Shown here piece by piece: positions 26,199-37,369 of a DNA stretch of 64,000 bases. The stretch comes from Gordius albopunctatus (taxonomy: Eukaryota). Under the pieces are notes generated by a model, which made no database searches, had not been told where the DNA came from, and saw only the letters and a list, made by a program, of their open reading frames with translations. The DNA lies in assembly GCA_964276515.1 (NCBI GenBank), contig OZ193909.1, forward strand, positions 11,036,001 through 11,100,000, written 5' to 3'. The position numbers and the translations under genes were made by a program. The number at the start of each line of letters is the position of its first letter. Positions within the stretch are counted from its first letter, which is position 1.

Positions 26199-26226
26199 GT
26201 TACGACGGGTAAGACACGCGAAAACA
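26179..26226. repeat. 48-bp direct repeat, 5' copy (abuts the RTE junction)
   Basis: Identical to 23302-23349; offset 2877 bp. Confidence 0.97.
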
Positions 26227-28753
26227 AAATTGGGTGTTCGGAATCAGAGAAAGACATATTCTTCGAATCATTGGAAAAGGAAATACAAGGAATCCGACAG
26301 GAAGAAAGGCTAATTATTGGGGCCGATTTCAACGCTAACGTAGGGAAAGATCGCCTCGGGTATGAACGCAATCATGGAGGCTATGGGCATGGTCTGAAGA
26401 ACAAAGAAGGGGAAAAACTTCTCCAAGTATCCCACGCATATGACATGGCGATCGTTAACACCTATTTTCAAAAGCGCGAAGATCATATTGTGACCTATAG
26501 AAGTGGGAAACATTTTAGTCAAATCGACTATTTGCTTATACGGCGAAAGGACTTATGGAGTATCAAAGATTGCAAAGTAATACCGGGAGAAGAAATCGCC
26601 AGGCAACATCGTCCCCTTGTTATGGATCTTGACAGAAGAGTATTTCCCGAAAGAAGAAAGGTATATGAACCTCGAATTCGATACGAAAGGCTAAAGAATA
26701 CGTTGACGAACGAAGAATACCATCAAAAAGCCTCCTCACTCTTGGGTGCAAGGAAGTTGCAAAGGGACGTAGACGAAGATTGGGAAACGCTATCTAAGGA
26801 CATTAAGGAAACAGCGATTCGTGTTCTAGGACAGACCAAAGGAGGCAAAGCTATGAATAGGGAACTATGGTGGTGGGATCAATCGGTTAAAGATTGCATC
26901 GAAATAAAGAAAAATCTATATAGACGGTGGCATAAATCAAAAAAGTCGGAGGATTATCAAGAGTACAGGGACGCAAAGAGGGCCACAAAAAAGGCCGTTG
27001 CAAAAGCGAAGAATGCTGCGTACACCGAGATGGCAAATAAACTGGATCATAAAGGGGGCGATAGGCTTATGTACAAATTGGCCAAGATAAGGGAGAAGAA
27101 AAGTCGAGATGTCGGAGTTCTTAAAATAGTCAGAAGCGAGAAGGGTCAAACCTTATTCAAGCCGAAGGAAGTGATGGAAAGGTGGAAAGGATATTTTAAG
27201 AAACTTATGAATATTGCAAATGACAAGGATTCCCTTCCCGAAATTGAGCCAAATATAAGTATGGTCGAACTCTTTCAGAAGGATGAAGTTAGGACACAAA
27301 TGAACAAGATGCAAAAAGGAAAAGCAAATGGCCCAGATGGAATACCTATGGAAGCATTGCTCGATGTCGTGAAGAAGGAGTCACCACCATGACGAACCTC
27401 CTTAACAAGATATTGGTAGAAGAGCGAATCCCTAATCAATGGAGAGCAAGCACGATTATACCTTTATTCAAAGGGAAAGGAGACCCTCAGGACTGCGGTA
27501 ATGACAGAGGTATCAAGCTAACTTGCCACTCCTTGAAGCTTTTGGAAAGGATCTTAGTAACAAGGCTGAAAAACGAGGTGGAAATATCGGCTAATCAATT
27601 CGGATTCGTGGCCGGCAAATCCACAATCGACCCAATCTTCGCCCTAAGACAAATGATGGATAAGTATGGTGAAAAGAGGAAAGACCTACATATGGTTTTT
27701 ATCGACTTGGAGAAAGCTTATGACACGGTCCCCCGCGATTTAATTTGGTGGTGCCTGAGGAAACCAAATATCCCTGACGCATATATACGGCTTATGAAAA
27801 ATATCTATGAAGCCTCAAACTCTTGCGTTAGGACGACAGTTGGAGACTCTAAACCTTTTCGGGTTAATATTGGATTACATCAAGGCTCTGCTTTAAGTCC
27901 CTTTTTATTTAATATAATTATAGACACGATAACGAGGGACTTTCAAAAGCCATCGCCATGGTGTATGCTATATGCCGATGATATAGTACTATGCGAGGAA
28001 ACAAGGGAGAAGGTATTCGAAGAAGCAGAAAAGTGGTCAAAGCGCTTAGCTGGATATGGTTTAAAGGTCAACGATCGAAAAACGGTATACATGGAAATAA
28101 ACGGTACAAGCACCCCATCGCTGGATGACCACCTAAAGTACCCAAAAGTAGACAGGTTTAATTACCTCGGCTCTATGTTACATCAAGAGGGAGGTTGCGC
28201 AACTGAAATCAATGCCCGGATTCAAAAAGGATGGCTTAAATGGCGAAGTATATCCGGTGTAATGTGCGACAAGAAAATGCCAATATGGTTAAAGAGCAAA
28301 GCTTACAAATCCATCGTAAGACCGGTGTTACTCTATGGAAGTGAAACATGGGCTTTAGACACCACGGAAGGAAAGCTATTACAAGCCACGGAGATGAGAA
28401 TGATACGGTGGAGCTTGGGGTATACTAATCTCGACCATATGACGAATGACTTTCTCATGACAAAAATGGGTATTCAACCTATGGCGGACATGATCAACGA
28501 AAATCGGCTAAGGTGGTATGGGCATATACTAAGAAGGGACCCGGATGACGTAAATCGAAAAGTGCTAGACATGAAAATACCGGGGAAGAGAGGAAGAGGA
28601 CGACCCCGTGTCACGTGGAAAAGGCAAGTCGATAAAGTTATGGAAACTAAAGAGATTCGTCAAGACATGGCACTAACCCGGTCAAGATGGAAGAGACTCA
28701 TCAAAACAAACCCCACCAATGTGGGACCAAATAACTGATAAAGAAGAAGAAGA
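26227..28753 (+). mobile_element. RTE-clade LINE, 5'-truncated inside the APE domain, with (GAA)n tail
   Basis: The frame begins at IGCSESEK (just after the YAPQ motif); APE motifs GADFNA and SQIDY; RT motifs FIDLEKAYD, GLHQGSALSP, LYADD, LRWYGH; 3' tail AAGAAGAAGAAGA right after the stop. Confidence 0.95.
26271..28738 (+). pseudogene. RTE endonuclease-RT ORF broken by one frameshift near 27360 (ORFs 26271-27392 and 27389-28738)
   Basis: GPDGIPMEAL in the first frame continues as RCREEGVTTMTNLLNKI in the second, consistent with a 1-nt deletion. Confidence 0.88.
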
Positions 28754-29144
28754 TCCATCCTTCAATTAATTATTTTATTATATTAAAGAAAATTGTATTT
28801 TAAATAAATCAGCTAACTAGAAAAATAAAATAATGGTATTATTGTATAATAAGTAACAGCATTAATCAGCAATTTTTTCAAAAACATTTAATTTCAGTCG
28901 GATTTTATGACTAAAACAGAATTCGCATTTGGTTTGTCTTATTATATATATATACTAAAAATAGTGGGTTCATAAAATCCATGACGTGATAAAATACGTG
29001 CTCTAAATAAATATTATGGATATTTTATTTATTTGAATTATTATTTCATATATGACCCCATTTTAGATAAGTCTTATTAATAGGTTATACTTATTTAACC
29101 ACTTAAGGACTGAGCTAAAGCAACGCTTGGCTGGGCACAGCTAG

Positions 29145-29829
29145 TATAAAATAAAATACACGAACCTATACTGTACTAGATAAATTACTATCTATATAAT
29201 GGCAAAGTTAGTTAACTTGAAAAGTAATTAATAAGAATACAAATTTGATTATAATGATTTTTGTCATAAAATTAAATACGCGCACTTTGGTTTACACAAG
29301 GATCTTAATTTGCTCAATTATGCAACTAAGTGAGCTATAGGCGAACTTATAACTTTCTAAGTCTATTTTTAGTTGACAAACACAGTTAATTTAATACAAA
29401 GGTTATAATTTGCTAGAAAAATTAATTTTAATTTTCTATACTTTATATTTATTTATAGTTTTTTGAGTCTGCACTTTCCATGGAAAATATTATCTTTATG
29501 AATTAATTCATATCTTGATATTGTCAATGAGATGTCTTGTCCCGCTAAATCTTTAAAAAGTTTGTGTAATAAAGCCTTTTAAAAAATATAAAAGTTTGCC
29601 ATTTGGATTTTTTATCACTTATTTAGTATTTTTAATAAAACCTGAGAAAATTCATTTCGTATTTATTTTTTTAAAGTCGAGACGAGACGATATCGAGATT
29701 TTTCTAGACCGAGACGAGACGATATCGAGATTTTTCTAGACCGAGACGAGACGATATCGAGATTTTTATAGTCGCTCTCGAGACGAGACGAGATTTTGTT
29801 TTCGAGACCGAGACGAGATTGAAACACTA
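29145..29829. mobile_element. Right part of GAGAC-rich hAT MITE with three tandem 29-bp subterminal units
   Basis: Colinear with 13276-14087; ends GAAACACTA; tandem GAGACGAGACGATATCGAGATTTTT at 29679-29768. Confidence 0.8.
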
Positions 29830-31085
29830 ATTAGTCTATGCTATTAACTTACAAATTAATAGATCTTTCTTCATAAAATCTACTAGAATATCCAATAAGA
29901 GGCCCTAAACCTATATTATTGTTAGAAGAAACCAGTCGTGCACTAGCTTACATGAAGTGTCTCTTCAAGCACCTTCCCATTTTTATAATAAAAAATTTGC
30001 TATTCAATACTAAAATAATGCATAGCTTTCGGTCCCTGCTATGTTCTTAATCGCGAAACCCTGACCAAGTTTGATGCAGAACTTAGGATTTAAGCAGAAG
30101 CAATAACTAATCTCCCTCTAGGCTCCACACACTGGCAACAGGCTTGCCTTCCATCAAATTTCGGAGGGCTAGGCCTAGGCCCTAGTTTCCCTTTTAGCAT
30201 TTTTATCGAGCCACCTGTCTAATGAAGGCATCATCTCATCATGGACCCTACTGTCTGCACACTACAGGATGTTGCCTTCTAACTATGGATTCTTCAGCTT
30301 CCCCGCTTAATTCCCTGAAGTAAACGCTCAAAAGTATTGAAATGGCCCCTGTCCGGGTGCCTCTTTCAGTCTCTTATAAATGGCGCTTCGTCAGACGAAC
30401 TTACAACGCTTTAGCTTCAAGCTCGGGTCCTGAATGACTTGAGGCTTTTTCAGACGACGAGGCCTAAGACTTAGCTGCAATAAATTTGGGGAACACGCTT
30501 GTTGGGATATAGGCTAAATCCCGAAAACGCACAATCCCGAAACTACGATAATGCTATTGCTACGATTTTCAAATTTCCATATGTTTTTTAATTTTAAAGT
30601 TTTATCATATCCCCGATAATATTATGTACTTTCAATCAATTAAAGAGCTAGATTTGCATGCAACCTTTACAATTTACTTATCTATGAACCCCATTTAATT
30701 TGTTAAATTTATACAATAAACCATTTAGTTCACTAATGCTTAAAATTATTACTTTCAATCAATTCAAGAGCTAGATTTGGTTGCAACCTTTACAATTTAC
30801 TTATGTATGAATCACATTTAATTTGTTAAATTTATACAATAAACCATTAAATATACTGTTGTATTATTACTTTCAATTAATTAAAAGCCAGATTTGGGTG
30901 CAATGTTTAATATCTACTTGTCCATGAAAATTTATAAAACCTGGAACAAGTTTATATATATTTTTTGCCTTATACAATGAAACATTTAATATTATTGTTT
31001 TAATATTTTATAAGACTTTGTATGCATTATGATTGATTGACAATCTTTTAAAGACTTTTTATATTTTTAAAAAGTTAATTTAGAT

Positions 31086-32324
31086 TTTAAAGTAAGTATT
31101 TACTTTATTTAATACTAAAAAATGGAAACAAAAAGAGTTCGTAAGAAGTGTTTTAAACTCCTTTATATAATCGCGGATTAATGGAATAAATCAATTACAT
31201 TTAGTGGTGAATCTGCGAGGTATATTTGATTGGTCAATTAGCGTCGCGAAGCTAAGGTCATGTAAATGAGTCAATTAACGTCGGGAAGTAGTAAGGTAAT
31301 GGATGCAACACTACAAATAGTCCCCTTCGTAGACGTGGAGCGTTGCATAAAATTGAAAAATTTCTTGGTTGATGTAAAGTATGTGTAAGGGATGTTCATA
31401 CTACCAGCCAGTTTTTTTCCCGCCTGCCGTGGTTATTAGTGAGGTGGCCGAGGTGTGAGTTGTGTGATGTTGTTGTGCTATCCAATATATTAATAAGATC
31501 CATGCCGCGGGCAGAGGTATCTATACTGGAATTGCAATCGGTCATCAACTAAACCGGTAAGTGGTGGTGAGAACGTTGGTAGTAGGTGTTATCGTTTTCG
31601 CCGAACGTAGTCTTTGCTCGTTGCAGGATGCCATGTGGTGTTATTGTTTCGCCGAACGTAGTCTTTGCTCGTTGCAAGAGGCCATGTGGTGTTGGTTATG
31701 TTGTGATGTTTTTTGTAAGTAAGTAAGTAAGTTTGCCGCGAAGACGCCCAAGAGCTTAGTTAGTGCAATCTAGGGTTGAGCCTCTTCTAACGCCAAATGG
31801 CGCACCAGGCCACGTTAGTGATAACGTGTGTAAGTAGGCTATAAAAAAATGATTAACATGCAGTGTAATTATGACATGTAAATATGTAATACCTGTTGAC
31901 TTGAAAGTAATGTAAAGCCTTTAATGCAAGGTCGTAAATGAATGGTGCGTGAGAAGATCCTTACTGTTGTAATGGGCCATGCGTAAAGGAGTGGTTGGGC
32001 GTTTGGCAGAAGTTGTTGTTGTTTAAAGGCTTATTCAGGAGGAGGTTAAAAAAATATGTGGCTCCCCCGAACGGTGTCACCAATTTAAAGAAAGCATTTA
32101 CTTTATTTAATACTAATAAAAAGGGGAAACGAAAAGAGTTCGTAAGTTGGTAAGAAGTGTTTTAAATTCCTTTATATAATCGCGGATTAATTGAATGAAT
32201 CAATTACATTTAGTGGTGAATCTGCGAGGTATGTTTGATTGGTAAATTAGCGCCGCGAAGCTAAGGTCATGTAGATGAGTCAATTAACGTCGCGAAGTAG
32301 TAAGGTAATGGATGCAACACTAGA
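31086..32324 (-). mobile_element. Non-coding TRIM-like LTR retroelement
   Basis: ~235-bp direct repeats 31086-31315 and 32084-32324. On the minus strand TGGTGACACCG (PBS-like) follows the 5' LTR and GAAGGGGA (PPT-like) precedes the TGTAG start of the 3' LTR. Confidence 0.75.
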
Positions 32325-32599
32325 GATGTAAAGTTGCTATTATGCTCCAACTTGGACGGAGCATAATAGCTACCATATGTGCTTGGACGCATAAGCTCTG
32401 TCATCAAGAGGGGTAAAATGCTTAAGAGGTTAAGTTGTAACAGCAAATACAAACTCAAGCAGAAGGAATGAGGCGGTAGAACAACTTTAAATAAAAGTAG
32501 TTTTGTGCGAGCAATTGCTGATTAGCAAGCTGCTCATCCATTTTGCTCAACGGATGTCTTAATTAATTATGTGACATATCGCAATTAATCTGCTCAGCA

Positions 32600-32740
32600 A
32601 ATGTATTGGAATGGTGGAAAATGAATGAGACACGCTTTCCGGCACTCAGCAAAATGGCTATAGAGTATTTAGGGCAGTCTACCACTTTAGTTCCGGGTGA
32701 TCGAATGTTTTCTTTGGCAGGAAATATTGTTACAGCTAAA
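32600..32740 (+). mobile_element. hAT transposase dimerisation-domain remnant
   Basis: Translates EWWKMNETRFPALSKMAIEYLGQSTTLVPGDRMFSLAGNIVT. Confidence 0.8.
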
Positions 32741-35700
32741 TTATGTGTATAAAGTCTTGGGGAAATGTTAATTTAAAATAATATTAGTTGTAATTTATGT
32801 GTATTTTTGGTGACATTTAATAAAATAATAATGCTGATTTGGTGTCAATACTTTAATTTGAACTAGAAACAGACATAAGACATCTAAATCAAATATATGT
32901 AAATAAAATAAAAATATTTTTGCCATGTTTTAAACAATAAATTTCAAATCTTTTGCCAAAAAAATATTACATTCTAACCTGGCTTAAAAGACCATATTAA
33001 AAATGTCAAAAAATTTATTAGCATTTGGGTGAAACAGAAAATTAAAAAATTTATAATGCCAAAAATTTTCACGTATAAAAAATTAATTTTAATATCATTA
33101 AGCTATTTTAGCCATATATAAAGAATATTCTATAAAGCGAAATTTCCCACTTTTTATAAAACTTTGCATTGTAACCCGGACTAAAAATATTATTAAATAT
33201 AAATTTAGAAACATTAAGTCATATTTAGAATGTCAAAAAATATTTATACAATAAAATATAATTTCGCCATTTATAAAAAATAAATTTTTAAAAATCATTT
33301 TAGATATATATAATTATATTCGAAAAAAATATAAGTTCGTGCCTTTAATAAAATTTTAACATTGACACCTGTTCTTAAAAACGATAAAATATAAAGTTAA
33401 ACCATATTAAAATTGTCAAACAGATTATTACCACCTGGGTGAGAGAGAAAATTTAAAAATTTATAATTAAATAATTTTTTTTTAATTTTTGGCATGTATA
33501 AAAAATAAATTATAAGATCATTTAGGAAATCCGACTTACGCCTATTCAAAAACCCACAATAATTGTTGAAGAACAGAATGTACTGTGTTAAAACTAAGGA
33601 CGCTTTAATGAGAACATTATGCTATGAGCAAGCAGTACTTTTACATACAGTAATTTTACAATGTTCTAAATTATTTATTTCTAGATAATATTTCACTTGA
33701 AGAAGCTATGCTCTTAGTGGATGTTACAAATCAAATGGAATCAACAGCCATTTGTAGGGGTGTTAGTGTGATTTTATTAAAACATTATAAATAAAATTGT
33801 TTGAATGTCAGATGGGAAATTTTAAGAGTGAAAAAGAAATTAACTTCAGTTGTTTTACAATTATAATTATTATTTAACTCTTCATTAATTTAAAGTATAT
33901 GATAATTGTAATTTATACCATAACTTATACCATTTGTCTTATATCATCTAAATTATTTGATAATTTTTGGGTATATGCTATAAGAATAAAATTGACATAT
34001 GAATAAATTTTAAGAGTTAGAAGAAATTAAATTTGGATGTTTTGACATGGATATGATTGTTATATATGAGAGGAATAAACATTTATGTTTTGGATATCAT
34101 GTATTTCAAATTTCATACAACATAAATATAAGAGTCAAAATGTTGTAAATGCTAAAAACTTTGAGAACAATATCAATGTATGCTATATACATATAAAATG
34201 CAAACAAATAGTTTATTTACAATGTTAAAGTAACATTATTTCTTAACAAACAACAATTTTTTATCATGCACTCTTTAAATTGGTACCTTTCAATTATTTA
34301 AAAGTATTGGGTATCTGACAAAAGAGTTTTCAAAGACAACATGTCACGTTCCTCCTCGTATAAGCACTTACATTTCTCAATATCTATGAATCATCTAATG
34401 TCTTATTGTGGGTGTTTCCATACAAACGCTTTTCATAAAGTATCTATAATTATGAAACTGCCATTTTTTCCCTTCTCCAGATCTTGTGCTAATATAGAAC
34501 ATTATAAAATATTATATAAAAACTACACATATAATTACAAAAATATATAAGATTAAGATAGTAATAGGTCTGTGCGAATTTAAATAAGCCATTGCTATAT
34601 TTATACAAATAATATAAGGTTATCCACGATATTAAGCATTTTTTTCACAATAGACATAACTATTTATAAAATTTAAGTAAAATGAAATTTACAATGACTC
34701 TTTATATGTTAGCAATCGCATAAATATCAGTTTATTTGATATAAAACTTTATACATGATCATATATTGTTATATAACAAACTAATAAATTTTTATCTATA
34801 GTCTTGACAGGCAACTGTTTAATATCAATACATTGTTATTATAAAACCTTTACTATATAGTTAATTAATATAAATTAAATTTTTACGCACAATTATTTTT
34901 TAATATTATTTTATGCTTTATATATATTGTCTAATTTTTTAAACGATGCCAAAAGGTACTTAATACAAAATTATAAGTTATTATAAAAGAATATTATATA
35001 ATTATATAACAAACTAATATATATTTACTAATTTATATTTAGTTACTATCTAATATTAAGTTAACTACTTATGTGTTATAGATTTGAGAGCAAATTATTT
35101 AATATAAAATCTTTGTTATTAAAAACCTTTTCTATATAGCTAATTATCATATTTTTATTATATTATAAATGTTTTATGTTGTTGTATTAAATTAAATTTT
35201 TACATACAATTATTTTTTAATATTAATTATATACTTTAGATACATTGTCTAATTTGTTAACGATTCCAGAGGCTACATTTTCCAGGCGTTGCACATGATT
35301 CTAAAAACTTTTATAACTTTCTTTTCAATCTACAACAAATTAAATTTTATACCTTATTTTATATGTTCTTATTATTACAAAGTTATTTAATAAGCAATAT
35401 ATAATTAAATTTTTAATGATGATGTTTTTTATTTTTTTTTTATAAATTAAAGGGTAGGAGTGAAAAATATTCCCTACTTTCACTTATTTTTTTAATGTTC
35501 ATGGATGTGTTTAGCAAATCTATTCTAATGAATATTATCTTTCAATACTGATTATTAAAGTTAAAATCACTTATTAAAATATTAGTATACAAATCATTTG
35601 CCTTTTATTTATAATTGAAATCAGTAAGAAACTTTACTTAAGAGTTCTCTAAGAATCTCCTGCACTGTTACAGTTACACTGAAATTAAAGCTGTTACAAT

Positions 35701-35785
35701 TAAAAAAGAAATAGCTTGACTAACTTGTTACTTAATAAGTATTTATAAAACAAGAAATAAATTTTATTTATATATCAGAAATTAA

Positions 35786-36114
35786 CAGTCAAAACCGTTT
35801 AATTGCAAAGCCTTGGGCCTGAAAAAAATTCGCGATTAACCGATATTTCGCGATTAAACGATGGGAAAAAGTTTATGTACATTATATTATAAATATTCAT
35901 TTCTTACGCTTCGCAATAAAACGATATTTTATATAATTATCTGGTTGATTTAAGGACTCGAAAATGTTTGTGAATATCCTATATTGTACTATTAAGCGAT
36001 TTGTCAATAAACGATGTTTTTGTTAATAGGATCGTTAAAAAAACAAAATGGCAGTTCACTTCGCGATTAAAAGATTTTTGCGATAATCCGATTTGCGATT
36101 AAGAAGTTTCGATG
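35786..36114. mobile_element. Tc1/mariner-like MITE, uninterrupted copy
   Basis: CAGTCAAAACCGTTTAATTGC...GCGATTAAGAAGTTTCGATG|TA; same family as 20329-21880. Confidence 0.8.
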
Positions 36115-36116
36115 TA

Positions 36117-36402
36117 TGGGATGTGGGGTGACTAAAAGGTTAGGCAGGAGCTGGGAGAGACTTAGGATTTGTAGGAGGAACTGATACACCCTTTATAAAA
36201 ATCATAGAATGTTTATAAATAAACTTACAGGGGATGTTTGAATAATAGATGGAGCTGGAAGAGACTTAGGATTTCTAGAAGGAAGTGATACACCATCTAT
36301 AAAAATAACAGAATTTTTATAAATAGACTTACAAATAAGGGATGTTGGAATAATAAAAGGTGAGGCTGGAGCTGGGAGTGCTTAGGATTTTTGGGAGGAA
36401 GA
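36117..36402. repeat. Three diverged ~110-bp tandem units
   Basis: GGGATGT...GGAGCTGG...CTTAGGATTT...GGAA repeated three times. Confidence 0.7.
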
Positions 36403-37369
36403 TTTTTCCTACTTCCATCTAGAATATGTTAATGATCTAATTTATATTTAATTATTAACTTACTAGCAATATTGTGCACATTTAGTAGTTCTACATTTGT
36501 AATACTCCCTTAGATCTTTCCCACCAATCACTTTAATATACTCATATCTTCCATAAACTATAATTTGTTTTTTATTTAGGATATAACAAATTGAACTTTA
36601 GACATTTTAGACTTAAAAATTTAAAATGAACAGGACTTTAGGTGAGATGTGAGTTAAGGTAAGTGAACTGTTGGCAAATGCATTGATACGTTAATTGGCG
36701 TAAAAGTGCAGCATTAAAAATCAGGATTATGCGCTTTCGGGATTAAGCCTAGGAACCCACTTGTTCACTCTGCAATAATTCTGTGAAACCTAATGGCATC
36801 AAACCCCGAACCTTCGCCTGCCGCGGTTAACAAATTTTTGCATTCTATTTTTAGTAAATGCAATTTAATGCTAGGCCGCATCATATGCCAAATACGCATA
36901 AGGCCATTCTTTGCCTAATCTTCCGGCTTCTCTTATTTACGCCACATTCTTAATAAAGTTATATTACTACCACTACTTCCTTATTGATCCCTTTTAAAAA
37001 TAGCGCCGCTACCTTTATTCTCACACTCAGCTTCTCTTAATTCTGTTTACGGTCCCCTCCAACATTACCATATCTGATAGTATATAAGTTTTTTGGTTAT
37101 ATATTCTGTCAGAGGTTTGCATTTAGTATATATTTTGACGTTAATTTATGATTTTCATTTAATAAATTACGCTTCTTTCAAGATTCGAACGACGGGCGAT
37201 GTAATTGTGAGATTTTTTCTCCACGTATTATTTCTTAAACTTTGAATCTCCATAAATTATTCGTTCCATCATGCTGATAATCAATTTGACTAAATTACTT
37301 TGCACTTTTGTAAGTCACGATATAATCCCCGCTTTTTAAAGTAAACTCTAACTTGAAAGAAGTTTAGAG

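Larger units (their letters stand above)
23182..26226 (-). mobile_element. Integrase/recombinase-less DIRS/HEART-like retroelement (gag-like ORF + RT-RNase H), ~3.05 kb
   Basis: Two intact overlapping ORFs, a perfect 48-bp direct repeat and a terminal palindrome; boundaries set by the Helitron empty site and the RTE junction. Confidence 0.8.
22948..29144 (+). mobile_element. Second copy of the Helitron, split into 22948-23181 and 28754-29144
   Basis: Both pieces are reverse complements of 11936-12510; ends ...GGGCACAGCTAG|T; about 160 bp of the 5' end is missing at the CRE junction. Confidence 0.88.
30504..36758. mobile_element. Large non-autonomous TIR element, probably Mutator-like, with nested insertions
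   Basis: Imperfect ~37-bp TIRs GGGATATAGGCTAAATCCCGAAAACGCACAATCCCGA / TCAGGATTATGCGCTTTCGGGATTAAGCCTAGGAACCC; flanks share (G/A)CTTGTT; a deleted inverted relative lies at ~59945-62389. Confidence 0.65.

Noticed and set aside
25747..26313. 188-aa plus-strand ORF spanning the retroelement/RTE junction
   Set aside because: Antisense shadow of ORF1 running into an off-frame part of the RTE; no recognisable motifs.
29679..29800. CRISPR-like short repeats
   Set aside because: Head-to-tail units without unique spacers; subterminal repeats of a hAT MITE in a eukaryotic genome.
29900..30500. GC-richer stretch resembling a decayed retroelement (also 15650-15830 and 36760-37070)
   Set aside because: No readable motif or ends; family cannot be assigned by eye.
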